Assembly: GCA_048882965.1 (NCBI GenBank)
Contig: JBHLRC010000003.1
Span: 1 to 56,497 of the forward strand
Length of the DNA stretch: 56,497 nucleotides
Direction of reading: 5' to 3'
DNA from: Candidatus Thorarchaeota archaeon
Lineage (GTDB): Archaea; Asgardarchaeota; Thorarchaeia; Thorarchaeales; Thorarchaeaceae
The position numbers and the translations under genes are program-made. This document shows positions 28,658 to 37,688 of the stretch, one piece after another. Within the stretch, counting starts at the first letter, position 1, and each line of letters begins with the position of its first letter. The notes under the pieces were generated by a model that was not told where the DNA came from, made no database searches, and saw only the letters and a list, made by a program, of their open reading frames with translations.

Positions 28658-29215
28658 GTGATGATTGCAAGTGAGCGGTCTCAAAATGTCATTGTTGCAA
28701 CAATGTTGATTGCTGCTATCGTGAGTTCGATTTTCTTGGTTGGAAATGCTCAATACTTTGGAGGAAGTTATGCACTTGCTGGAAAGATGGAGGTTTCAAT
28801 TGTAAACACTGTTGTCAGTAATATTGACCCACTTAATGAATCAGTATATCCTCAAATAGCATTCACATTTAATCTGAGAACAGACGCTGGAACTGAAGGC
28901 AATGTTCGGTTGATGTTCATTGGCGCACAGGTCTATCTCAATCACGACATCCTGTCTTATACTCCCTTTTCATACACCCTTCCACAGAATCTGCAACCAC
29001 TCTATCCTCACTATAATCGTAATTTCACACTATCAAGATCTACTGACACCACATACGACCGGGATACAGTGAACGAAGCATACAACTCATCAACCTGGTA
29101 CTGGGAGGTAACATTCAGGTATTACTTCATTACTTTCGATGTAGCTGAAACAATAACCTGGAATTTTCTTCATTTCAATTGGACTGGCCAGACGACAACT
29201 ATCCCTGCTATTTGA
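28658..29215 (+). CDS. Membrane-anchored or secreted beta-rich protein
   Basis: N-terminal hydrophobic helix; several NxS/T sequons (NES, NFT, NSS, NWT). Confidence 0.75.
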   Translation: MMIASERSQNVIVATMLIAAIVSSIFLVGNAQYFGGSYALAGKMEVSIVNTVVSNIDPLNESVYPQIAFTFNLRTDAGTEGNVRLMFIGAQVYLNHDILSYTPFSYTLPQNLQPLYPHYNRNFTLSRSTDTTYDRDTVNEAYNSSTWYWEVTFRYYFITFDVAETITWNFLHFNWTGQTTTIPAI

Positions 29216-30197
29216 GTTTCTCTTTCAAAGTAGATATTCTCTCAACTGAAGTGGGATTCACTCCCTTAATTTCAGCAAGTTCAGTTGACATCCAATCAAG
29301 ATAGAATGTCATAGCCAACATTTCTTCAACCATGTTTGAACTTCCCACACTCAATCGAATAGGCGTATATCCTTCGCTCTCGTAGATTGACGAGGTAATA
29401 TCAAATCTCTGCGAGATGCGTTTATCCTCATATGAACTTCGGAGGAAGATTGGCATGAAGTCAAATGAATGGCCTTTCACAAAACCTTCAATCTCATTAT
29501 GATTTGCCTCAGGTAATACAGAGTAGAATGCCAATCCCTTAGCATTTTCATTAATCTGGCACTTAGCTCTATAGGCTACGGGGATTAGATGTCTTGAACC
29601 AATGAATATTGGTACGGTTTCGCTAAGATCTTGCGCCATGACTTTAGGTGATAAAGACGACGCTTCCCACTTTTTAGCCATCTCTGAAAGGTTATTCCCA
29701 ATTGTGTCTAATGCTGATGGCATTTTCCCTAGTAGACTCTGGACAAGGTTTAAGACCGAAGAGAAGATAGCTGGAAAAACTGCACGTGGTTGGTAGTTAC
29801 TTGGAAGCATTATTTTACCAAGCGTATTTTCCTTTTTGCTAAGCTGACCTCCTGATGTAAGTGTAAAAGTTGGACAATCCCTGTCTATGGCATGTTCATA
29901 TGCCGTCAAGGTTTCCTCAGTATTACCACTGTAACTTATAGCTATGGTGACCCAACGAGAGTCAACATATGCGGGTAATGTGTAATCACGATTCACAACA
30001 ATTGGTACTGTGCTTGTGGCATGGAGGAGCCCTTGAACATAGAGACCTGAAATAGCACTTCCTCCCATCCCGACTATCAGTATCCCGTCAATTCCTTCAT
30101 CCCCCAACCTGACACATGTGTCCTGAGTTTCCTGATTGATTTTTACAGCCGTCAACAGCTCTGGAAATTTCATGACCATGTTATACATATCTGTCAT
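29208..30197 (-). CDS. Bifunctional phosphoglucose/phosphomannose isomerase (SIS family)
   Basis: GMGGSAISG, SYSGNTEET, TSGG, QPR, NENAK, PEANHNE motifs. Confidence 0.95.
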   Translation of the reverse strand: MTDMYNMVMKFPELLTAVKINQETQDTCVRLGDEGIDGILIVGMGGSAISGLYVQGLLHATSTVPIVVNRDYTLPAYVDSRWVTIAISYSGNTEETLTAYEHAIDRDCPTFTLTSGGQLSKKENTLGKIMLPSNYQPRAVFPAIFSSVLNLVQSLLGKMPSALDTIGNNLSEMAKKWEASSLSPKVMAQDLSETVPIFIGSRHLIPVAYRAKCQINENAKGLAFYSVLPEANHNEIEGFVKGHSFDFMPIFLRSSYEDKRISQRFDITSSIYESEGYTPIRLSVGSSNMVEEMLAMTFYLDWMSTELAEIKGVNPTSVERISTLKEKLK

Positions 30198-30257
30198 ACT
30201 TTTTTCCTGAAGAAATAGAATGACAAGTGCCTTAAAGATAGTCCCTTAGGGTAGTAA

Positions 30258-30917
30258 GTGAGTGAATTGAACCAGACGCTTGTTGAATTCTCATCAGCCA
30301 CTATAACACTGCATGGTGTGTTTTCTAGTACCGGATCTGACTTGCCAATAGCGGCTGTTATTCTACATCCCCATCCACTATATGGAGGTGATATGAATAA
30401 CATTGTGGTAACATTTCTTGAACATGTTTTGTTTGAAGAAGGAATCAGTTCACTCCGATTTGATTTTCGTGGAACGAGTTTGTCCCCTCAAAGCTATGCA
30501 GGAATTAGTGGTGCGGTGATGGATGCAAAGAGTGCAATTGAATTCTTGAAGTCGCAATTAGGTTTCAAAGAGGTAGCAATCGTAGGTTATTCCTTCGGGG
30601 CTTCCACCGCCCTCCGAGTTGCTTTATCTGAACCGCCCCCATTTCTTGTTTCTCTGAGTGCATCGAAAGAATTGTTATCAGAGAACAGATTTGAGATTCA
30701 TAGGTTGGTTGATATCCGTTGTCCTGTCTTAATGTTTCATGGAACATCCGATCAGATGATTCCCTTTGGTGATTTTACGGTACTCAGTAAGATTATGCAC
30801 CTACCTGATGACTGTATCATCCCTCTTGATGGTGAAAGCCACTTTTACGAAAAGAGTTTGCATGTTGTAGATTCTACTCTCCGCAAATTTCTTAGAAACA
30901 TCTCCGCTATATCTTGA
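30258..30917 (+). CDS. Alpha/beta hydrolase
   Basis: HPHPLYGGDM, RFDFRG, GYSFG nucleophile elbow, HGTSD, C-terminal HF. Confidence 0.9.
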   Translation: MSELNQTLVEFSSATITLHGVFSSTGSDLPIAAVILHPHPLYGGDMNNIVVTFLEHVLFEEGISSLRFDFRGTSLSPQSYAGISGAVMDAKSAIEFLKSQLGFKEVAIVGYSFGASTALRVALSEPPPFLVSLSASKELLSENRFEIHRLVDIRCPVLMFHGTSDQMIPFGDFTVLSKIMHLPDDCIIPLDGESHFYEKSLHVVDSTLRKFLRNISAIS

Positions 30918-30973
30918 ACCCACGGGTATCCTTAAGTAGGCTATACATTTGCCTTCGACGGGGTGGACCGTAG

Positions 30974-31648
30974 ATGTTGAAAGCTCTGGTGTTTGATATG
31001 GATGGGACAATCACTCACCTGACTCTCCCCTTAGAGGCGATGAGAAACGACACCAAGAAATACTACATCTCTAAAGGCATTCCCCCGAACCTTTTCGAGC
31101 CTGCTGATGGAATTTCCAGTTCAACAGAGAAAGCCAGGAATTATTTTCTTAGTAATGGAATGTCCAAGGATGAATGGGCTCGTATGGAAAATGAGGTGGA
31201 TACCATACTTAGTCAGCATGAGGGATTTGCTGCTTCAACCGCAACTCCAATTGAAGGGTCTCTTGAGATAGTCAAGAAACTCAGAGCTGTAGGATTCAAG
31301 ACTGCTATATTGACTAACAACGGAAGGCCTGCTCTTGACAAGATAATGGAACAAGTTCCCTTACGTGAAAACTTCGATATCATTCAGACAAGGCACGAAT
31401 CTCCCAGACCCAAACCTTTCCCAGACGGACTTCTAAAATTAACCTCGGAACTAGGCGTTAAACCTAGTGAGGTGGTCTATATCGGTGACGCACTCATCGA
31501 TGGGGCTGCGGCGAATCGAGCCGGAATAGAATTCTGGGGGATCTGTACAGGAGAAACACCAGTTGAAGCTCTCTATGATGCTGGTGCATCTAAGGTCTTC
31601 AATACCTTGGATGATGTTTTTGAATTTGCACTAGCCACTCGTGAATAA
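30974..31648 (+). CDS. HAD-superfamily hydrolase (phosphoglycolate phosphatase-like)
   Basis: FDMDGT, LTNN, KPFP, IGDALID motifs. Confidence 0.9.
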   Translation: MLKALVFDMDGTITHLTLPLEAMRNDTKKYYISKGIPPNLFEPADGISSSTEKARNYFLSNGMSKDEWARMENEVDTILSQHEGFAASTATPIEGSLEIVKKLRAVGFKTAILTNNGRPALDKIMEQVPLRENFDIIQTRHESPRPKPFPDGLLKLTSELGVKPSEVVYIGDALIDGAAANRAGIEFWGICTGETPVEALYDAGASKVFNTLDDVFEFALATRE

Positions 31649-31873
31649 AGGTCTGATTATCATTGTGGCCATTTGTTAAGTCCTTATGGAGGGTGATAGC
31701 ATCATGAAAATTCAGCTTCTAGTAGGTTTCTTCGCTTTGCAGCATCCGACTATCTTATTTGAGAACAGGTGCTCGAAACGATGTCTAGTCGAGTGCTATT
31801 GCATCTCTGGAAGGTGTCTGAACAGCGACGTACTCGACTGAAGGTTATATACACATTCGTGTAAATATCCTAT

Positions 31874-32323
31874 GTGACAATCAGTACAGGAATATCCCAA
31901 CAATCGCAAAGCACGCTTGAGGTAAATGATACCATGACAATAGATGAGGGTACATACCTGGTTCTCCGGTCAGCTTCAGGTGCATTCAGCTGCCGCTATC
32001 CACCAGTACCCAAGAATTGGAATCCTGTTGACCGTCCTCATGTTGCTTTACTACTTCCAGATGCCGGGACTATCTTCTCTGTTTTCTTGTCACAGCCAGA
32101 GAATAGCGAGTCCAAAAGAGAACAATCGCTAGCAGTGTCAGATCTAAATCGACTTCCATCAAAGTCAATCATTGAGATTCGTCACAGCAATGCGCAGCTT
32201 GCTTACTATCGTCGTGATAATGGATCTTGGACAAAGGTTGCTGAGGCTAGTGATCCTTTTGTTGTCGAAGTATTCTCTCATGGGTATGCTCCTATCGTCA
32301 TGAATATGATTCCTCAGATGTAG
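31874..32323 (+). CDS. Hypothetical protein
   Basis: 149-aa ORF 22 nt after a TTATATAC TATA-like box; start may be later (ATG after GAGGT). Confidence 0.6.
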   Translation: MTISTGISQQSQSTLEVNDTMTIDEGTYLVLRSASGAFSCRYPPVPKNWNPVDRPHVALLLPDAGTIFSVFLSQPENSESKREQSLAVSDLNRLPSKSIIEIRHSNAQLAYYRRDNGSWTKVAEASDPFVVEVFSHGYAPIVMNMIPQM

Positions 32324-32364
32324 GATATTCTATTTTTCTATAATTTTAGTTTCTCTGAGAATGA

Positions 32365-32475
32365 GTTTGAAGGTGAAGAGAGGCACCAAAAAATTGAGGT
32401 TCGCATGGTTGCTTGAGGAGGAGAGGATGTTAAGATTTCAGGAGGGAGTTGGTGCCTCTCAACACTTCACTCTTG
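32365..32475 (-). ncRNA. Candidate sRNA A: 12-bp closing stem around a CU-rich loop
   Basis: GAGAGGCACCAA (32378-32389) / TTGGTGCCTCTC (32449-32460). The minus-strand loop has CUCCCUCCU and CCUCUCCUCCUC; a TATA-like TTATTATATG lies upstream on the minus strand. Confidence 0.5.
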
Positions 32476-32592
32476 TTTTTTCAATAAATACATATAATAA
32501 TTGTGGTAATAACTACAATCAAATCAACAATTATCTGCGAAAATCGCAAAATTATTGATTAATCTCAAGCTTAAGCTCATAATAGGAATAAC

Positions 32593-32949
32593 TTACACGT
32601 CCCAGTAGTCATTTCCATATTGACCACCATTGTGTCTGATTAGATCTTGAATATTCCTAAGTACTGTATCTTCACCAGCCGATTGAGATCCCCAGTTGAA
32701 ATTGCAGATGCCTTCACCACCCCCACTTCCAACCACTGTGACTGTTGCCTGTTCGAGGTCGCCTTCTGTCTCAACTATTGTGGTGAGTGTTTGATATGAA
32801 CTTGTTCGGAAGACATATTCTTCGTGAATGAAGACAGCAATAACTCCTTTTTCAGTTCTGCTAATTTTCCTCATTACAGCTGAATAGTTGTGAGAGAGAT
32901 ATTCCAGCACACGTTCTAGATGCATGATGTCGAAATTGAGTGTCTTCAA
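32593..32949 (-). CDS. Small alpha/beta protein (DUF6054-like)
   Basis: HEEYVFRTSSYQTLT...VVGSGGGEG...WGSQ pattern; GGAGG SD. Confidence 0.55.
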   Translation of the reverse strand: MKTLNFDIMHLERVLEYLSHNYSAVMRKISRTEKGVIAVFIHEEYVFRTSSYQTLTTIVETEGDLEQATVTVVGSGGGEGICNFNWGSQSAGEDTVLRNIQDLIRHNGGQYGNDYWDV

Positions 32950-32997
32950 TCACTGACCTCCGCAGGGGAGCTTTGCGCGAAGGATTATAGAATCTTC

Positions 32998-33327
32998 TCA
33001 TTTGAGATCTAGCAGTTCAACTTCGAAGATCAATGTTGAGTTTGCGGGGATGAGACCTTCTCCAACCTCCTCGTTTCCATAGGCAAGCTCTGGAGGAATG
33101 GTCAGTTTTCTCTTACCTCCGACTTTCATTGTCATGACGCCTTCATCCCACCCTTGAATTACATGACCGATACCAATCTGAAACTCAAAGGGCTCTTCTC
33201 TGTCCACCGAGCTGTCAAACTTTTTGCCATCTGTTAACCAACCCGTGTAATGGACAACAACAGTCTGTCCTTGTTTGGGGGACTCTCCTGTTCCTTCAAC
33301 AATATCTTCAATCTTTAATTCTGTCAT
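32998..33327 (-). CDS. FKBP-type peptidyl-prolyl cis-trans isomerase
   Basis: VHYTGWL, FDSS, VIQGWDEG, IPPELAYG, FEVELL. Confidence 0.97.
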   Translation of the reverse strand: MTELKIEDIVEGTGESPKQGQTVVVHYTGWLTDGKKFDSSVDREEPFEFQIGIGHVIQGWDEGVMTMKVGGKRKLTIPPELAYGNEEVGEGLIPANSTLIFEVELLDLK

Positions 33328-33625
33328 GACTAACCTCAACTGTCACTTTCTATTATCTGTTTTCAGGTTTCTTCAATGATCTCAAACTCAGGTTTCATTC
33401 CTGATTGTTTGGCTAGCTTTTATTCACGGATACTCCGAAGAATTCCATGAAACCTTCTAACGATAACAAAAGCAAATCCTCAAGGAAATCGCTCGCCGTC
33501 GAACACTGGTGTTCCTAAGATAAGTTGTTTATTTGGTGATTTACGCGTTAAGCACTTGAGAATTTGTAGTAAGAGTCTCCGCAATCCGACATTTGCTTAA
33601 ATATATTCTAAGCAATACTATTTTT

Positions 33626-33710
33626 GAGGAACAGGGAGCCTATCTCTCTCAGAAGCAGTTTCTCTCCTCCTTCCATGTTCTCTACGGCTCCCTACTCTCC
33701 CTCTTTCATT
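33626..33710 (+). ncRNA. Candidate sRNA B: starts AGGAACAGGG, 8-bp closing stem, CU-rich loop
   Basis: TTAAATATA about 25 nt upstream; AGGGAGCC (33633-33640) / GGCTCCCT (33686-33693); loop UCUCUCCUCCUUCC; pyrimidine tail. Confidence 0.45.
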
Positions 33711-33799
33711 CTAATTCTCTCAGACCATAGTGGAGCTGTACAAGATGAGCATATATCAGACCATACAATTCACTATTTGGCCATTCGGAGTCGAAGAGA

Positions 33800-34735
33800 A
33801 TGAATTCAGATAAGGAGTCTATGCGAACACACTCGATCCCCTGGAAATTCGTCATACCCATTCAAGTACTTGTCATTGCGACAATATTGGTTACAATAAT
33901 TTTCACGGAATTTGGAGCATTTCCCTTTGACTCCACACTGGGTGTATATCGGTTCCTTCCAGGGGATATTGTGTTTGATTTCATCTGGCTCTATGTTATC
34001 TCATTGATCGTTGGAATCATTGTTTATTTTGCTTCATCACAAGTTTCTGTTTTGCTATGGCGGCTCCACCAATTATTGACCCGCAAGAAATACAAATACC
34101 ATATACAAGAATTGGACACTCAACCACTTTCTTCTCCTCAACCTAGAAGAATGATTTTGCCTGCATTTGTCGCTCTTGGCATTTCCTATTCAGTATCCAA
34201 TGTTCAGATTCTGTCGGATATGATATTTGTTTCAGAGAGCTTCAGCGGACTTGCAAGTGAAGCTCAGACAATAGTAATTAGCATGGCTCTTCTCTTTATC
34301 CTGCTTCTACTCTCTAGCTTCATCACATTCTTGTTCGCGCCAATGTGGTTGATGCAAGACAAGGGTCTGGTTTGCGAGTTAGAGAAGACCGATCGAACAA
34401 CCGCAGATATTGAGGGGGTTGGTAATTGGTATCTAAAGTTGATGAAGGGATTTGCTGGAGTTTCAACAATCATTGCATACTTATTCACTAGCCTCCAGAC
34501 AATTGAATGGTATCAATTCGTGCTGTCTTCTCCTCCCGAAGGGGGATTTTCCATGTTGATATTCCTGATTCCAGTTGGGGTAGTCATTGCTTCTCCATTA
34601 CTTGCTCTAGGTCCCATTTCTCTCGTCTATGTTTTGTATGAAAAATCGATGGTGAGGAATTTAATTTTATTATCGAATCACATAGAAAAGAGTGGCTTAG
34701 ATACTGTAAGAATCAATTTGAGTACTATTATTTAA
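33800..34735 (+). CDS. Polytopic membrane protein of unknown function
   Basis: About six hydrophobic segments; long ORF. Confidence 0.8.
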   Translation: MNSDKESMRTHSIPWKFVIPIQVLVIATILVTIIFTEFGAFPFDSTLGVYRFLPGDIVFDFIWLYVISLIVGIIVYFASSQVSVLLWRLHQLLTRKKYKYHIQELDTQPLSSPQPRRMILPAFVALGISYSVSNVQILSDMIFVSESFSGLASEAQTIVISMALLFILLLLSSFITFLFAPMWLMQDKGLVCELEKTDRTTADIEGVGNWYLKLMKGFAGVSTIIAYLFTSLQTIEWYQFVLSSPPEGGFSMLIFLIPVGVVIASPLLALGPISLVYVLYEKSMVRNLILLSNHIEKSGLDTVRINLSTII

Positions 34736-34880
34736 ACAGAGGGGAAGGATGCCAACTGCAACTATGCTAAAGGAGTGATTTCCGTGTTCATTGGATGCAG
34801 TTTCAGCTATGTAGGTATGTTGCCTGACACGCACTAAGATATCAAGAATACTTATATGCTATTAATACATAATATGTCTT

Positions 34881-35006
34881 AGGAACAGGGGGTCCGAATC
34901 GCGACCATCATGAATACTGTCACTCCCTCCCTCTCTCAAAACGTCCGACCCGACTGGCGAACAACTCGCTTGTTTTTGCGGGCCCCCTCCCTCCTCCTCT
35001 TTTTCT
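34881..35006 (+). ncRNA. Candidate sRNA C: starts AGGAACAGGG, 10-bp closing stem, CU-rich loop
   Basis: CTTATATG about 25 nt upstream; AGGGGGTCCG (34887-34896) / CGGGCCCCCT (34979-34988, one G-U); loop CUCCCUCCCUCUCUC; ends CTCTTTTT. Confidence 0.5.
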
Positions 35007-35016
35007 CAGCCTTGTT

Positions 35017-35259
35017 TCAATGTCTGAGGGCATTCACAATGAAAAAGCCCCCGTAGAGAAATAATGGGGAAATTACCAAAGCAAGACCAATGAATAGTTT
35101 GGGCTGTCCTGGCATGGTTGGCAAGGCGAGTAGATACAACTGAAGGATGACTAGATAGATTATTGTCGCAAATATCATCACGATAAGTCCTAGTTCAAAC
35201 AGATTCGATCTCATGTTTTCTATTTCATCTCTGAGGTTATCTGATGTTTTATTATCCAT
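35017..35259 (-). CDS. Small two-TM membrane protein
   Basis: 80 aa with two hydrophobic helices; GGGTG SD. Confidence 0.7.
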   Translation of the reverse strand: MDNKTSDNLRDEIENMRSNLFELGLIVMIFATIIYLVILQLYLLALPTMPGQPKLFIGLALVISPLFLYGGFFIVNALRH

Positions 35260-35374
35260 TCTGGGTCACCCAAAAGAAGGCACAATTTTACGAACTTAAA
35301 AATCCTCTACAAATCAATTTGTGTTATACAACTTTTCTCCCGCCAGAAGGTTTTAATGGAGTTCACAAGGTGCC

Positions 35375-35869
35375 ATGGCAAGGCGAGTGAAATTGTCAGT
35401 GGCAAAGAAAGCTGTTGATAGTACATTTAGGAAGATTCTGAAGTATACTGCAGAGATAATTGCTTCTATCTTTCTACTTGTGATTATCTGTATCCCGCTA
35501 GTATTTGTAATCCCAATGTGGTTGGAGCACATCGTTTTAGGTATACCTAGAGCTGAGCTTGTCTTTGATCCTGTCCATCTGTTTGGTTTTGGTGGAGCTT
35601 TCTGGTTAACATTATTCCTCGGTTTGGTTAGTTTTGTTCTTGGATATTTATTCATCATCAGGATGAAAGCCGGTATCGTATCTGAAGTTGAACAGGAAGA
35701 TGAGGAAGAATCTGATGAAGAATATGAGGTAGCTGAAGAAGAGGAAGAAGAAGCAGAGCCCGAAGTTGAGGAAGAAGAAATAGACGAAATTGCCACTGAG
35801 GAAGAAGAGGAAGATGAGGAAGAAGAGGAAGAAGAATTGACTGATGATGAACTAGAGAACGAGGATTAG
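35375..35869 (+). CDS. Two-TM membrane protein with very acidic (E/D) C-terminal tail
   Basis: Last ~60 aa dominated by Glu/Asp. Confidence 0.8.
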   Translation: MARRVKLSVAKKAVDSTFRKILKYTAEIIASIFLLVIICIPLVFVIPMWLEHIVLGIPRAELVFDPVHLFGFGGAFWLTLFLGLVSFVLGYLFIIRMKAGIVSEVEQEDEEESDEEYEVAEEEEEEAEPEVEEEEIDEIATEEEEEDEEEEEEELTDDELENED

Positions 35870-35889
35870 TCAATCTCGTTTCCCACAGT

Positions 35890-36699
35890 TTAATTCATCT
35901 TAATCTTCTCGGTCAATCTGTCTACAAGTTCAGAGAAAGCTTTTGCAACCTTAGATTCTGGTTCCTTGATAACAAATGGAGTACCCTCATCACTAAGACT
36001 AACTACACGTGGATCAAGTGGTAAAGCTCCAAGATGATCAACTCCGAATTCCTCGGATGCCTTCTTAGCAGCACCTTCTCCAAATATTTTGTAAGACTCA
36101 CCGCATTTCGGGCATAGAAATTCTGACATGTTTTCAACAATACCAAGGACTGGAACTTCCATTTTTTCTACTAATTGGATTGCCCTCCTCGCATCAAGTA
36201 CTGCAACCTCTTGTGGTGTAGATATGATTACAACACCATCAATATCCGGAATTGATTGAAGGATGCTTAGTATTTCATCACCCGTTCCAGGAGGTAAGTC
36301 TACAATAAGTACATCAAGTTCTCCCCACCGAACATTTGCCAGAAACTGTGTAATAGCTCGTGCTACCAATGGGCCTCGCCATGCGACTGCATCATCATCC
36401 TTCCTCAATAGAAAACCCATACTCATGACCTTGACATCTTCTGGTCCTACAATAGGGAGTATGAACTCACCATCCACAGTAGGATGTTGACCTTCCAATC
36501 CAAGTAGTTTTGGTACGTTTGGACCATAGATATCAACATCTACAATTCCCGCATTCTTTCCTCTCCTGGCAAAGGAAACTGCAAGATTTGTAGCAACGGT
36601 TGTTTTCCCAACACCGCCTTTGCCTGAAAGGACAACGATCTTGTGTTTGATTCCTTTCATATTCTCAGCAATTTCAGTTGGTATTGGAGGTTTTGGCAT
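35890..36699 (-). CDS. mrp: Mrp/NBP35 (ApbC) Fe-S cluster carrier ATPase
   Basis: SGKGGVGKTT, DVDIYGP, WRGP, DLPPGTGD, ENMS, CPKC. Confidence 0.95.
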   Translation of the reverse strand: MPKPPIPTEIAENMKGIKHKIVVLSGKGGVGKTTVATNLAVSFARRGKNAGIVDVDIYGPNVPKLLGLEGQHPTVDGEFILPIVGPEDVKVMSMGFLLRKDDDAVAWRGPLVARAITQFLANVRWGELDVLIVDLPPGTGDEILSILQSIPDIDGVVIISTPQEVAVLDARRAIQLVEKMEVPVLGIVENMSEFLCPKCGESYKIFGEGAAKKASEEFGVDHLGALPLDPRVVSLSDEGTPFVIKEPESKVAKAFSELVDRLTEKIKMN

Positions 36700-36758
36700 T
36701 GTTATCAAAATCGACGCGCATGTGATAATCTAATAAAAGGTCGCATATGTCCGAAATG

Positions 36759-37571
36759 TTAGCTTCCGTTGAATCTAGCTAAAATTTCACGAGCTAATGT
36801 TTCATTGGATGCTGCAACGAAATTCATCATCTTGTTTGGCTCTAATTTGCCATGAAAACGAGAACCATTTTGATCAAGTACAAATCCTCCTGCCTCGAAT
36901 ACCATGTGTGTTCCGCAAAGATGAATGATAGGGAGCATATCTCTGAGATCTACCATGCCATCTAGGAATCCCGCAGCTGTCCAACAGAGATCGAGAAGGT
37001 TAGTTGCAGTTCTTCTTGTATCATGAACTGCTTTGATTGTCCTTAGTGATTTATCCATGTACTCTGAGTCCCACGTCTTTTTCAGATCGTACGAGATAAT
37101 AGCATTCTTGAGTTCTACTGGGTCTGCTGGTTTTACATGCATACCATTTCGTGTAACTCCCCGCCCAGTCACAGCAATGTAAGTTTCATCTGTGAAGATT
37201 GAATCAATAATACTGACTTCAGCATCATCTGAAGTCATAACTTCACTATATGGAACAGCTGAAATCCCAATTGATGCGAGAGGTATTCCTCTCTCAAGGT
37301 TCGCAGATCCATCAATCGGATCGATGATAGCTAGGTATTCCGGTTTACCTTCGTATTTGATAAAGCCCTTCTCTTCTGTCAATATCTCGAAGGTAGTATC
37401 AGAAGTCGAAAGAACATTGAGTATAGCATCCTCTGCTCTCTCATCAAGCAGGAGTGTCTTGTCTCCGTATGGATTTAGGTTTCCAGTTCGTTCTGAAGCA
37501 ATTTCTATATTTTCAAGAACAAGTCTCTTGGCAGACTCAATCGCATCCTGCAGTATCCTAGCTAGAGTCAT
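36759..37571 (-). CDS. Inositol monophosphatase / FBPase family protein
   Basis: LTEE, IDPIDGSAN motif; the C-terminal WD-equivalent is divergent (IIHLCG). Confidence 0.85.
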   Translation of the reverse strand: MTLARILQDAIESAKRLVLENIEIASERTGNLNPYGDKTLLLDERAEDAILNVLSTSDTTFEILTEEKGFIKYEGKPEYLAIIDPIDGSANLERGIPLASIGISAVPYSEVMTSDDAEVSIIDSIFTDETYIAVTGRGVTRNGMHVKPADPVELKNAIISYDLKKTWDSEYMDKSLRTIKAVHDTRRTATNLLDLCWTAAGFLDGMVDLRDMLPIIHLCGTHMVFEAGGFVLDQNGSRFHGKLEPNKMMNFVAASNETLAREILARFNGS

Positions 37572-37688
37572 TTAGACACCAATCTTAAGGTATCAGCCAT
37601 CTCTTTATCACTTGTTGGGTCGGAATTACAATACCTTAAATGCTTCAACACAAGAAATAGAACCGTAAGGCCAAGCTTGGTGGAACCA

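Noticed and set aside
31704-31841. 45-aa Cys-rich ORF (MKIQLLVGFF...CSKRCLVECYCISGRC) behind a GGAGGGTG SD
   Set aside because: No recognisable family or nearby modification enzymes, and it overlaps a predicted RNA stem. It cannot be supported without conservation data, but is not excluded.
32361-32558. 65-aa plus-strand ORF
   Set aside because: Runs through an inverted repeat and AT-rich promoter-like DNA with a low-complexity Asn tail; better explained by the candidate sRNA on the other strand.
35690-35865. GAA/GAG-rich tandem repeat
   Set aside because: Simply the coding sequence of a poly-Glu tail, not an independent repeat element.
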